Assembly: GCF_963921235.1 (NCBI RefSeq) | Contig: NC_086108.1 | Coordinates: forward strand, 41,170,001-41,234,000 | Length of the DNA: 64,000 nucleotides | From: Mobula hypostoma | Taxonomy: Eukaryota | Direction: 5' to 3' | In this document: positions 13,196 through 26,005 of the stretch, piece after piece | Position numbering within the stretch: position 1 is the first letter of the stretch | Layout of the letters: each line of letters opens with the position of its first letter | Program-made: the position numbers and the translations under genes | Notes under the pieces: generated by a model | What the model was told of the DNA's origin: nothing | Databases searched by the model: none | What the model saw: only the letters and a program-made list of their open reading frames with translations

Positions 13196-14940
13196 GGAAT
13201 TGCACTGAGCATGCAATACGAAATTGCTGTAACATCTGGTTCAAAAGCATTCAGAGTTCCTCAGCTTGTATTGAAGGAAATAAGCAAGGAAAAATAGTTA
13301 CATACAGTGCATACAATGGCTTTCATGTCCTTTGGAATGCCAAAGAGACTAATGTAAATGCAATGGAACACTTGCTATTCTGCATAAATGTTAATTACTT
13401 ATCATCCTATTGGTTATCATCCTGGAATTTAGGAAGCAAGTTTTTTGATAATATATGCATGTGGTAGGCTATAGTTACTTATTAGTTGAAGTGCAGTAAA
13501 ATAAGCACTGGGGTTCTGAACTAAAATAATGCAAGTGGTCGGGGTTTTATACTGGAAGGAATTGCTCTTCAGTGTTGCGATGAGCCTACTGTAAGCAGCA
13601 GAAGAAACAATGCAACTCCCAAACTATCCACCCACCCCATCAAGTACCTCCTGCCCCACCTGTGGCAGAGTCTCTGCTTCCCACATTGGTCTCCGCAGCC
13701 TCCTCAGAACCCACAGAGCTGGAGCAGAAGCAAGTCATCCTTGACCCGTCAGAATACTTAAGTAGATGAAAAGTTTTTGATTTATTCTTAGTGTTTCACA
13801 ATTATTCATATTTCCACTGAGTCATTGGCTTTTGTGCATTTGGGAGGTGAAAATGCATTGCAAATCTCCAGACATGAGGAATCTTTTGTCTCTGAAATAC
13901 TTTACCAAGGTTCGCCCACTTGGAAAAGATGATAAGAAATCAATACCAAGCATAATTTTCAAAATTAACACTTAAACTAACCTTCTTGTCATAAGGCAAT
14001 TACAGAATCCATCAGGTACAGAAAAAAACATACTGTGGAATGTCAAAGATTATTACATAAGCATCAGAGCTTGCAATTGTACATAGCTGCTTGTTAGTTA
14101 TTCTGAACCCAAACAGCATCTTTGATTCTGTGAACCCCCTGATAAGAGTGAGTAAAAACAAGTGAGGAACAGAATCGTAGAGTGGAAATACAGTGTAAAG
14201 TGCTCATTGGATCAGAGAAATAGATTGTAGAAGATAAATTTACTCACACATGTAATCTTATATTCTGTGACTGGATCTTATAAAAGCAGATTTTTAATAT
14301 GGATATTATATCAATGCAATGTAACACTGGTACAAAATGACTTCATAAGCATTTCATAATCTGGTAAACTTTGCTGTGGGAGACAATCTAGACTGAAAAT
14401 GACAAAGTTCTGCATAAATTGAAGGAAAGTTTAGATGTTGGATGACTCTCTTCTTGTTAGAATTAGTAAACCAGTTGAACAAGCTCAATACTCAGGTAGT
14501 GGGTGCTAGGACACAATATTAAACTGTATTAGTTTCTCAATCTATTGAAGATCTTTTAATACATGTAAAATTGCCAAAAAAAAATATGTCACAGTCATTG
14601 TGATCTCATGAACTTACTGTGAAAACCAGGAAGAAAGGGAGATGAGGACTGCAGATTCTTTATATGCTGTTTTTTTTTAAAATCAGATCACACAGTCTCT
14701 CTGTGAAGATGATGTAGTGTCAAAGAGAGTACAAAAAAATTCAATGACATGATGCAAGCTAGTTAAAATAATTGGTATTTATCCATTTGAGATCTCTGTT
14801 ATTAGTTTCTAATTCAATTTTTCAATCAGTGTGCAATGGGGATTTAACAATGGGATTAGATCCTTGGCTTCTTAACCTTTTGCTTTTCTTAATTTTGCGA
14901 GTTAAAATTTATGTAAACCCCAAAATGTCCAACGACATAC

Positions 14941-15042
14941 CAGATATTGCTCCGTTCATTCTTTGGAACCCGAAGGAGCGGGTCTCAGGCTTTACAACAT
15001 TATACTGGAACAGGGACTCAAACTCTAATGCAATCAACCTCA
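14941..15042 (-). CDS. Candidate internal exon (xRLIALEFESLFQYNVVKPETRSFGFQRMNGAIS), unidentified gene
   Basis: ttgattttgtttcaag|102 nt open, phase 1-1|gtatgt; CpGs are locally retained in an AT-rich background. Confidence 0.4.
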
Positions 15043-15094
15043 CTTGAAACAAAATCAAAGAATATTCAATACCTCAAAAGCTTGTAAGAGAAAT

Positions 15095-15290
15095 TCAAAA
15101 AAAAAGAGATCTGCAGACACGGGGAATTTAAAATAAAATCTTAATAGAAAAGGCTAGAATTTCTCATCAAGTAAGGCCACATCTGCATGACAAAGTTCCG
15201 AAGAAGGATCTTCAACCTTGAAATGTTACCTCTGTTGTTCCCGCAGAAGTAACCAGACCTGTGGAGCATTTCCAATATTTTCTTTTTAAT
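15095..15290. mobile_element. Old short fold-back PLE-end element with a degenerate hammerhead motif
   Basis: Reverse PLE terminus, then ccgaagaagg..ccttgaaatgtt, then a forward PLE terminus. Confidence 0.45.
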
Positions 15291-15774
15291 GATAACAAAA
15301 AATTTGTACTTATGCATCAGCTTTAATAGCATTTAACAATTTTCGGCAAATAAAATTTGACTAAGCCATGTAAGGAGTTTCTAGAGCAAGAAATCAAAGT
15401 TTGGTGAAAGGTTAGAACTTAAGAATGGCTTTAAAGAAGAGACAAGATGGCTTAACGTTCATGAGGCATCAGATCGTGATGAGGAAATTATATCTGAGAA
15501 TGGTCAAGAGGCCAGAATTGAATGAGCCTTATTTTGTGGAGAGTTAAAGATCCAGAGGTCTGCAATAGAGGGGTGAGGCGATGGATGGGTTTTAAAGCCG
15601 AAAAATTGCTAAGCCAGGGTCAATAAAGGCTGTTCTCCGAAAACAGTTAAAAATTCTTTTACTAAACCACACTCTATGGTGCTTGACTATGGTTTGAGAC
15701 AGGACTCCAGCCACTGGAAGTTGGACAGAATCTGAACACTGGATATCAGGGTAGAGCAGCATTGGTTTGGGACA

Positions 15775-17350
15775 GTGGCCACGTCTGTCTTTACAGTGTA
15801 GTTCAAGTCTACACTGGTCATGCTCTACAACTCTTTCTGCACTACATCAATGACTGCATTAGTGTTGCTTCCAGAACCCGTGCTGAGCTCACCAATTTCA
15901 TCAACTTTGCCTCCAACTTCCACCCTGCTCTCAAATTTATTTAGTCTATTTATGACCCTTCTCTCTCCTTTCTCAATCTCTCTGTCTTCATCTTTGAGAA
16001 CACACTATAATCTTTTATAAACCTACTTGCTCTCACAGTTACCTTGACTATACCTCTTCCCACCCTGTCACTTGTAAAAATTCTATTCCCTTCTCTCAGT
16101 TGCTGTGTCCTGTGTCTGTTCTCTGAATGAGACTTTCAATTCCAGAACATCTGATACGTCCTTCTTCTTCTTCAATGAATAGGCTTTCTCTTCCTCTACC
16201 ATCGATACTGCCCTCACTCTCATCTCTTTCATTTCCCAGATATTCGCCCTCACCCCATCTTCCTGCCGCCATAACAGAGATAGTTTCCCTTGTCCTTACC
16301 TACCACCCTCCAAGCCTCCATACTCAGCATATTATTCTCCGTAATTTCCACTATGTTCAATGGGCTCCTGCCACTTATATCATTTACTCCCTCATTCCCC
16401 TCCCGCTGCTCTCCAATTTCTGTAGGGATTGTTCTCTATGTGACTCCCTCATCCATTTATCTTTCTCTACTAATCTTGCTCCTGGCACATCACTGCAAGT
16501 GGGACAAGCATTACATCTACCCCTGTATCTCCTATCTCACCACCATTCAGGACCTAAATGGTCCTTCCAGGCGAGGTGACACTCCACCTGTGAGTCAGTC
16601 ATAGTTACCCACTGTATCTGGTGATCTTGCTGTGAACTCCTCTACATCAGTGAAAGCCAACATAGGTTCAGGGACGCCTTTGTCGAGCATCTTTACTCTG
16701 TCTGCCACAAAAGGTGTGATTTCCTGTTTGACTCCCATTTTAATTTCTGACATGTTAATCCATGGGCTCCTCTACTGCCACAATGAGGACACTCTCAGAT
16801 TGTACGAACAGCTCGTCATATTCCATCTGGGTAGCTTCCAACCTGATGGCATGAATATCAATTTCTCTCATTTTTGGTAATTTCTCCCCCTCCCCTAGTT
16901 CACTCTTTCTCCATTCCCCATTCTGGCTCCCTTCTTACCCCTTCTCTTCTTATGAGCTGTTCATTAGCTCCCGTAGGTACCCCTCTTCCTTCCCTCTATT
17001 CTGTGGCCCCCTGTCACCTCCTATCAGATTCCCTCTTCTTTTGCTCTTTACCTCTTCCAACTTTCAGTGAGAAGGTGAAGCTTCTCATTTCATCCCCTCC
17101 CCCACCCACCCACCTTCGCCCTCACCAGGTTTCACCTATCACCTGCCAGATTGTACTCTTTCCCATCCCTCACCTTCTTATTCCAGTTTCTTCCCCTTTC
17201 CTTTACAGTCCTAATGAAGGGTCTCAGCCCAGATTGTCGACTGTTTACTGCTCTCCACGGATGCTGCCTGACCTGTTGCTCAGTTCCTCCAGCATTTTGT
17301 GTGTGTTGCTTTGAATTTTCAGCATCTGCTCAATCTCTTGTATTTATGCT
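15775..17350 (+). mobile_element. Penelope-like element, 5'-truncated (RT end, Cys linker, GIY-YIG, 3' UTR)
   Basis: LFLHYINDCI..FASNFHPALKF (RT), LVLTYHP, and GIY-YIG tail EQLVIFHLGSFQPDGMNINF. Perfect 14-bp TSD ATTGGTTTGGGACA at 15761-15774 and 17351-17364. Confidence 0.92.
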
Positions 17351-18049
17351 ATTGGTTTGGGACATCCCTAGGGAGGACAGTTGTGCCTTAATAAATTAGA
17401 TCATGGTGGTTGATTCCCCCATTATGTGCACTGAGAACCTACATTAAATTTGCAGTGATCCTCCCCTACATGCAGACTAGGCTTTGTCTTTGCTCACAAC
17501 AGAACATTATCAACAGCAAGATCTCAACTACTGAATGCTCAGATCTTTGGAGCTCTATAATCTCAGTGTAGGGAATGGTGATTCTGGAACCTGGATCAGA
17601 TAGTGGAATACTCTATGTAGTTTTCTGCAGGCATCTGCAGTACCAAATATACATGCTCTAAGATTTACCAACTCTAAGATTTGTCATATTTTCATGCATG
17701 ACTGGGGCAGGGACATGGCCAATTTACAAATTAACCATTATGCCAATGCTAAAACCCTTATTTAGCTGAAAACTCCCACACACTCAAGAGTAGCATTTGC
17801 TTGAAGTTCAACTGATTCTCCACACTTCTATGTTCTAATTATGCATCCTCCTAAATCCTAAGAGACCAGTGTGCATTTATTGGCCTGGTCCTGCTGTTCT
17901 TTCTAATCTTCAAACTCTCAGGGATGGAGATGCCACACGTTTGTGGAAATCCCTCTTCAAATACAGTAGCTCAACTATGCTAACTACTTGCCACCTTCAA
18001 AACTACTTTTAGATCCTGCTTTCTATCAGATTCCTAATGATATATGTGC

Positions 18050-18520
18050 CTCAAAGTTTGAAGTAAATTTGTTATCAAAGTACATATGTGTCACCATATA
18101 CAGCCCTGAGATTCAGTTTCTTGCAGGCATACTCAATAAATCCATTAACCGTAATAGAATCAATAAAAGACCACACCCAACAGGGCGGATAACCAGTGTG
18201 CAAAAGACAAGAAACTGTGCAAATACAAAAAAAAGAAGAAACAATGAATAAGTAAATAAATAAATATCAAGATGAAGAGTCCTTGAAGGTGAGTCCATTG
18301 GCTATGGGAACAGTTCCATGATGGGGCATGTGAAGATGTCCCCTTTGGTTCAACGGCCCGATGGTTGAGACGTAATAACTGCTCCTGAACATGGTGGTGT
18401 AAGTCCTGAGGCTCCTGGACCTTCTTTCTGATGGCAGCAGTGAAAAGAGAGCATGGCCTGGATGTTTGAGGTGGTTGGGGCGTCTGATGATTCATCTGCT
18501 TTCTTGTGACAATGCTTGCA
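18050..18520 (-). mobile_element. Rex1/Babar-type LINE 3' fragment
   Basis: Reverse complement of the 3' end of the 55950-56857 copy. Confidence 0.8.
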
Positions 18521-18584
18521 AGAGACGCATTGTCTCATTACAATGAAGTAGCTTCAAATGTTTATGATGTTAAAAGCTGAATAT

Positions 18585-18772
18585 TGTTGCACAGATTATC
18601 TTCTTATTCATTGATTGTTAATTGTAAGATTTTGCTGTGTACAAGTTTTCTGCAACTCTTTGGTAATCAGTAACTAGGACTACTTGTGAACAATTTTGAA
18701 CTGCTTTGTTGTCTCACAATTTGTGACATTCTGAGGTTGTGATAGATGCTTACATAAATTCTAATTCTTCAC
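18585..18772 (+). mobile_element. Ancient Deu-domain SINE relic
   Basis: cagattatc..ttgctgtgtacaagtt..gacattctgaggttgtgatagatgct..ataaat; similar to 52530-52690. Confidence 0.45.
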
Positions 18773-19342
18773 TTTTTCAGAAGTATTCTTTAAACCAGCA
18801 GCACAGATAGCTTTTCATTGCTGAGTGAACTTGTGGTAGCTCCAGCCTTGTACAGCAGCAGTTGCTTCCACTTGTCTGGAGAGTGTGAGACAATAGCTAG
18901 CTTTGCTATGGCCTTGGCATTAATCAATATGTGGGAGTCATTTACTGTTAATTTTCAAGATGTTCCAAGCAGATTTTCTTTAAAATAAGTTAGTATTTTG
19001 CTGCAAATCTTGCACCTGTTAAGATTCAAAATCTATTGGTTTTTCTATGGATACATTTGAAATGTTGCATAGTAACTTATTCACATTGCTAAAGAAATCT
19101 GAGGGAACTTTAGAAATCCTGATAGGTCACAGAAAATAGTGTTTTAATTTCTTTTTTTTTGTCTTTATTTTCATATTGTCCTGTTTCACATTTAAAGCTT
19201 CTGTCACTGTTTTTGACTCATAGACATGCTTGAATTGTATAAGTGTACAGGGCAGTTGATGAATCAGTGCAAGAACCAAAGGAGCCACTACCTGATGAAC
19301 TTGACCAGAGAAATCATTTTAATCAGCTTCAAAATATTATAG

Positions 19343-19495
19343 GAACACAAACAAAATACTAGAGGAGCTCAGCAAGTCCGGCAGCATCTAGGGAAATGAA
19401 TAAACAGTCGATGTTTAAGGCAGAGCCCATTTTTCTGGGCTGGAAAGGAAGGAGAAAGGTGCCAGAATAAAAAGGAGGGGTTTGGAAGGAGAAAG
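19343..19495 (-). mobile_element. PLE 3'-end fragment
   Basis: Reverse PLE terminus with an eroded hammerhead motif; ATATTATAG at 19334-19342 and 19496-19504 (possible TSD). Confidence 0.65.
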
Positions 19496-19689
19496 ATATT
19501 ATAGTTTACTTGCTTAAAAATTCAGCATTTTTACCTCAGTTCCATTTCTGGATTTATAAAAGATGTGTGCTCTATAATATGGTAATTTTAGTGTTTTACT
19601 ATATGCAGAGAGTGGCATTCTTTATACCAAAACATGGATTAGTAAATCATAGTAATCCAGCCCATAGCATAGGAAGCTGAGAAGCAGGA

Positions 19690-22045
19690 CCTCAAGGATA
19701 GTAATCTTGGGATTGCAGCCTGTGCCATGTGACAATCAGGATAGGAATAGAATGGGGTGGCAGATAAATGCATAGCTGAAGAGTTGGAGCAGGGGGCAGG
19801 GATTCAGATTTCTGGATAACTGGGACCTCTTCCGGGACAGGTGAGACCAGTATGAAAAGGATGGGTTGCATTGGAATCCAAGTGGAACCAATATTCTTGT
19901 AGTTAGGTTTACTAGAGCTGTTAGGAATGGTTTAAATCAATATGGCAGAGGGATGGGAACCAGTATGATTGAGCTGAGGATGAGCCAGCAGGTTTACAAG
20001 TAGACAATAGATGTAACATGAATATAAGGAAGGACAAGCCAATGATTGGGTACAAGTGTAGAGAGAGTGCAGAGTTAAATTGTACCACAGCAGCAAAATT
20101 CAAAAGGGTGGAGAATACAGGACTGAAGGTGCTGTATTTAAATGCATGTAGCATTTGGCATAAGGTGACGAACTTGTGGCACAATTAGAGATTGGTTTGT
20201 ATGACATTGTGGGCATCACTGACCCATGGCTGAAAGAAGGCCACCGTTGGGAGCTAAACATCAAAGGATGAACTTTGTATCGAAAGGTCAGGCAGGAAGG
20301 CATAGACCATGATATGGTTCTGTTGGTAAGAGATGAAATGACATCTTTAAAAAGAGGTGACATAGGAACAGGGAATGTTGAATCTTTGTAGGTGGAGTTA
20401 AGAAACTGCAAAGGTAAAAAAACCATTATGGGAATCATATATAGGCCTCTAAATAGTAGCCAGGATGTGGGGTTGAGTTTGCAAAGGGAGCTGGAAAAGG
20501 CATGTAATAAGGGTAATGACACAATTGTAATAGGAGATTTCAATATGCAAGGGGATTGGGAAAATTAGGTTGGTGTTGGATCACAATTTGTTGAGTGCCT
20601 ATGAGATGGTGTTTTAGAGCAGCTTGTGCTTGAGCCTACTCAGGGAAAGGCTAGCTTAGACTTGGTGTAGTGTAATAACCCAGATCTTATTAGGAAGCTT
20701 AATGTAAAGGAACCCTTAGGAGGCAGTGATCATCATAGGATTGAATTTATACTGCAATTTGAGAGGGAGAAGCATAAGTCACATGTTTCAGTATCGCAAT
20801 GGAATAAAAGGAATTGAAGAGGTATAGGAGAGGAGCTTACCCAGGTGGATTGGAGGAGGATACTGGTGGGGATGATGGCAGACCAGAGATGGCTGAAGTT
20901 TCTGGGAATCATTCCCAAGGCACAGGATAGATCTGTCCCACAGAAGAAAAAATTTTCAAATGGCAGATGTAGGCAGTAGTGGCAGACAAGGGAAGTTAAG
21001 GACTGCATAAAAAGCCAAGGAAAGGGCATATAAGGTAGCAACAGTGAGAGAGAAGATGGATGATTGGGAAGCTTTTAAAATCCAACAAAAGGCGGCTAAA
21101 AAAGCTGTAAGGGAAAAGATTCAATGTGAGGGCAAAATAGTCAATAACAATAAGCAGGATACCAGAAGTTTTTTTTTCAGTTATATAAAGAGTAAAGGGG
21201 AGGTGAGAGTTGATATTGGACCACTGGAAAATGATACTGGTGAAATAGTAATGGGGATAAAGAAATAGCAAATGAATTTAATGGGTACTTTGCATCTGTC
21301 TTCACTGTGGAAGAACCTAGCACTGTACCAGGGATCTGTGAGTGTCAGGGAGCAAGAATGAGTGCCAATGCAATGACAAAAGAAACAGTGCTAGGCAAAT
21401 TCATAGGTCTTAAGGTAGATATCTCCTGGACCAAATGGACTACATCCTAGAGTCCTGAGAGAGGTTGCTGAAGAGATAACTGATGCATTTGTCATGATCT
21501 TTCAAAAATCATTTGATTCTGGCATGGTCCTGGAGGACTGGAAGATTGCAAATGTCACTGCCCTCTTTAAGAAGGGAGGAAGGCATAAGAAAGAAAATTA
21601 TAGGCCAGATAACCTAACCTCAATGGTTGGGAAAGAGTTGCAGTCCATTATTAAGGACAAGGCTTTGGGATACATGGAGACTAATGATAAAATAAATCAA
21701 AGTCAGCATGGTTTCTGTGAAGTGAAATCTTGCCTGGCAAATTTGTTGGAATTCTTCGAGGAGTAACAAACAGGGTGGACAAAGGAGAGGTAGTGGATGT
21801 CATTTACTTGGATTTTCAGAAGGAATTTGATAAGGTGCCTCACATGAGGCTGCTTAACAAGATAAAATCCTATGGTGTTACAGGAAAGATATTGGCATGG
21901 ATAGAGGAATGGCTGACAGGCAGGAGGCAGTGAATGGGAATAAAAGGGGCCTTTTCTGATGGCTGCCAGTGACTGGTGGTGTTACTCAGGGGTCAGGCTG
22001 CACTTTGAGTATTGTCAATTTTTTTGGGCCCCATATCTCAGAAAG
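19690..22045 (+). mobile_element. CR1 LINE (ORF1 esterase end, APE endonuclease, RT N-terminal half), dead and internally deleted
   Basis: YEKDGLHWN (SGNH DxxH) near 19850; LYLNA.SI; IIYRPLNS; GDFN; EDWKIANVTALFKKG; VIYLDFQKEFDKVPH. The sequence jumps from the QGS motif to EYCQFF near 21997. Confidence 0.92.
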
Positions 22046-22974
22046 TGTCACAAGTTGTTTCCCTACTCCTAAAACTAATACTGTTTTCTGAGTAGACTGA
22101 TCTTACTGACCTCAACTACTTGTTTTGAACCCAGTCATCAACCCCAGCCACCTCCAATAGACTGTTAGCTTCATATCCTGTGTAAAGGAAAATATATTAT
22201 CATAATCGTGAGGTGCATTCAATGAATAGTTTTCCCCTCTTTTATCCAAAGTTGAGGAGACCTCTGTCAGCTTATCTACCTTCACCTACCAGTTTCAATA
22301 GGAAAGAATGAAAAATCTAATGAAAATTTGGACTCATTGCACCCCCTATTTACCATAGTTTTCTGAAAGTAATTATGCGTAAAATGGTTGACACGATACG
22401 TGGGCTAATTAGTTGCGGTCTTTTTTACTTTATACCCATTGAAATGTAAAGTGTAGTCACTTCTGTAGGGCACTAAATGTGTAGCCTCCAAGTTCTTTTT
22501 GTTTATAGCCACTGTATTTACGACAGCTGAGGCAATGTCTAATTGAAGTCTTCGTGGATAATGCAAGGTTCAAGGCAGCAGCTTGCCATTCTTGAAATTT
22601 GAATCAGACTTCTACCAGATAGATGAGAGTTTAGAGCACTTGTGTAAATATTTTGAGGTGAGAACCTATTTAAGTTTGGAAATCTGAAAGCTGGATTCTC
22701 AATGGTAATGACAAAGATGGATGTAAAATGACAAAAAAAAGTTTTTTGATGTTAGTCATGTAAAAAATGAAAGCAGGAGATGGCTGTTAATTTTATAGAC
22801 CCCAACCCATTTATTGTGAAGCTATAAAATCAGCAGGGGATGATGGCAGTATTTTAAGCACCATATATTGACATAGGTACGGGCCATTCATCCCATCAAG
22901 TATGTGCCAGTTCTCAGAACAATTCCATCCTCCCATTATCTCCCTGCAGCTCATTACTGTACATCCTACATACT

Positions 22975-23280
22975 TGATACATGGACGCCCGACTTCTGTG
23001 AGTTTGGGAATCCAGAGCCAAGGTCTGAAGGGCCAGGGACGGCCTGTCCTGGGGTAGGAGGCCTCTGTGTCTAAGGAGGTGGGAAAGGGCCTTGTTTTGC
23101 TGCTGTTGTTCTGTTCTGTGGTTGTTGCTGTGTTGGATATCGTGGACGTGCCATGTTGACCCTAGAATGTGTGGTGTCGTGCCCCCAGCGCATCTTTTGG
23201 CATGTTGGTTGTTAACGCGGATGACACATTTCACTGTATGTTTAAATGTGCATGTGATACATAAATATAAATCCAAACAT
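22975..23280 (+). mobile_element. LINE/SINE 3'-tail repeat inserted in a SINE
   Basis: Tail gacacatttcactgtatgtttaaatgtgcatgtgat is shared with 46770-46900 (reverse) and 47760-47855. Confidence 0.5.
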
Positions 23281-23284
23281 TAAC

Positions 23285-23500
23285 ATGCTTCGCTTTCTCT
23301 ACCACTCACACCAAGGGCAATTCGCAGCGGCCAGCAGATCTACTATTCCAGCGCCGCTCGGAGATGCAGGAGAAAACCAGAGCATCTAGAGGAGACCCAT
23401 GTGATCGCAAGAAGAATGTAAAAACTCCATGCAGACGATATTGAACCCAGGTCACAGGAGCTGTGAGACAGCTGCACTGCCTGCAGTGCCATAGTGATGC
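23285..23500 (-). mobile_element. tRNA-derived V-domain SINE (3' part continues at about 22865-22972)
   Basis: The reverse strand shows a B-box-like ggttcaat and the V core ggagttttta..ttctt..tgggtctcctctagatgctctggttttctcc. Confidence 0.65.
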
Positions 23501-23586
23501 CCTGTAAGGAAAGTGGACAATAAAGATATGCGAGTATCATGGAAATAACACAATAGGGATCTTGAAGCTTGTAAGACTCTTCTTAC

Positions 23587-23695
23587 TGCTTCTGGTGTAA
23601 GTCCAGAGACCAGTATAGATATGGCATACTCTCTGTCTGCGTGATATGGAGCTACCGATGAAGCTACGTTTAGGTATGTGTTCAGTTGAAGTCAG
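23587..23695 (-). CDS. Candidate internal exon (LTSTEHIPKRSFIGSSISRRQRVCHIYTGLWTYTRS)
   Basis: tttacattacag|109 nt, only one open frame, phase 0-1|gtaaga; phase-compatible with 14941-15042. Confidence 0.3.
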
Positions 23696-24334
23696 CTGTA
23701 ATGTAAACCCTGCTCAAATTGAATTTATACCATGTTAAAAATAAAAGTACTTTGACATGATCAGCTACAAGATATTCACATTAACAAGAAACTTGCTTAC
23801 AAAGCTCTCAGTCATTTCTTGAGGTCATTGTGTCTTTAAACTCAAAACCTTCTCTCTTGCCAGTCAAGCATTCCAACTAAGTTCCATTTACGTTCCTCTT
23901 TTTGTTAACTGAGGTTCATGAACTTTTGTAATATTGACTTATTCCATCCTGTCATTTCCCCTAAAGCCTCACACTGGATGTCACATCTCTATCCTCCTAA
24001 AGGTTGATCTACCTTCAGGACAAAACTGAAATGTGACAGAAAATGACATTGTAAATGCTATAGCTGAGATGAGATAACCAAGACTATTGAAAAGGCTTTA
24101 ACTATTAATATTTGGAAGCTTATTCACAGAAAGCGAGCCGGGACTGTCAATAAATATAATAAAAATGGAACATCCTGCACCCTATTTTTGACTGCTACTC
24201 TATTCAATTTCAATGAGAAATAAACCATAAATGAATATTAGAGATTTGATTTCCCTTTTAATGCCACCTGCCTCTGACACAGGAACACATTGACATGCAC
24301 CATGGTGAATAGTGACTGCCTAGACAACAATTAC

Positions 24335-26005
24335 CAAAGATTCCTACTGCCAAACATATCTTTACTCCACTTTCCACAGGGATCGCTTCCTCCGTGATCC
24401 TCTTGTCCATTTGTCCCTCCTCATTAATCTCCCTGCCAGCAGAAGTGTTACATGTGTTCATTCACCTCCTCGCTCAGCTCAATTCAGGGCCTCAAACAGT
24501 CCTTCCAGGTGAGGCAAAACTTCACCAGCAAATCTGCTGGGGTCATCTAACGTGTCCAGTGCTCCCAATGCGGCCTTCTCAACATCGGTGAGACCCTCAG
24601 AAATTGGGAGACTGCTTCATCGAGCAGCTCCGTTCCATTCGCCAAAAACAGAACTTCCCAGTGGCCAAACGTTTTAATTCCCATTCCAACATTTAAGAGA
24701 TGGGGCAGGGGAGAGGGAAATACAAGGTGACAGGGAAAACCTGAAGGGAGAGGGGATGGAATAAAGAGCTAGGAAGTAAATTGGTAAAAGAGACAGACAG
24801 CCGTGGAACAAAGAGAAGGGGGGAGGAACACCAGAGGAAGGTGATGGGCGGGCAAGGAGATCGCTACTCCTCCACTTCCTCCATGGCATCTGCTCTCAGG
24901 ATGAGGCTTTTCATTCTAGAATGAAGGAGATGTCCTATTTCAAAGAAACGGGCTTCCCTTCCTCCACCATCAACACTGCTCTCAACCGCATCTCTTCCAG
25001 TTCACGCCTGTCTGCTCATACCCCATCCTCTTGCCACCCTTCCAGGGATAGGGTTCCTCTTGTCCTCACCTACCACCCCACCAGCCTCCATGTCCAACCC
25101 ATAATTATCTGCAACTTCCGCCATCTCCAATGGGATCCCACCACCAAGCATATCTCTCTCTCCACCCACCCACTTTCTGCTTCCCACAGGGATCACTCCC
25201 TATGCAACTCCCTTGTCCATTCATCCCACCCCACTGATCTCCCTCCTGGCACGTATCCTTGCAAGCAGAACAAATGTTACACCTGCCCCTACACCTCCTC
25301 CCTCACTGCCATTCAGGGCCCTAAACAGTCCTTCCAGGTGAGCTGACACTTCACCTGTGAGTCTGTTGGGGGTTATAGACTGCGTCCGGTGCTCCCAGTG
25401 CGTGGCCTCCTGTTTATCGGTGAGACCCAACATAGATTAGGAGACCGCTTCACTGAGCACCTACGCTCTGTCCACCTGAAAAAGCAGGATCTCCCAGTGG
25501 CCACCCATTTTAATTCCACTTCCCATTCTTATTCCAATATATCAATCCATGGCCTCCTCCACTGTTGTAATGAGGCCACACTTAGATTGAAGGATCAACA
25601 CCTTATATTCCATTTGGGTTGCCTCCAACCTGATGGCATGAACATCGATTTCTCGAACTTCCAGCAATGCCCCATACACCCCCCCCACCTCTCCTTCACC
25701 ATTTCCAATCCTATTTTCCTTCTTCCACCTTGCCCGCCCATCGCCTCCCTCTGGTGCTTCTCCCGGCTTCTCTCTCTTCCATGCCTTCTATGTCTTTTAC
25801 CAATATACTTCCCAGCTCTTTAGTTTGTCTCCTCCCCTTCAGGTTTCACCTATCACCTTGTGTCTCTCTCTCACCTCCCCCAACATTTAAATCTACTCAG
25901 CTTTTTTTTCTCCAGTTCTGCTGAAGGGTCTTGGCCCGAAGCATCAACTGTACTTTTTTCCTAGATGCTGCCTGGCCTGTTGAGTTCCTCCAGCATTTTG
26001 TGTGA
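24335..26005 (+). mobile_element. Composite Penelope-like locus: older GIY-YIG fragment (24335-24690), inverted 3' UTR piece (24695-24862), plus-strand RT end/GIY-YIG/3' UTR (24863-26005)
   Basis: RDRVPLVLTYHP; TYPCKQNKCYTCPY; LLFIGETQHRLGDRFTEHL..PVATHFNS..LQPDGMNIDF. Confidence 0.9.

Noticed and set aside
14618..14700. Minus-strand exon candidate with a strong gtaagt donor
   Set aside because: It contains an in-frame TAA and would only be open if the A9 homopolymer were miscalled.
22111..22178. Strong minus-strand acceptor (ttttcctttacacag) with a downstream gtcagt donor
   Set aside because: All three frames hit a stop before the donor.
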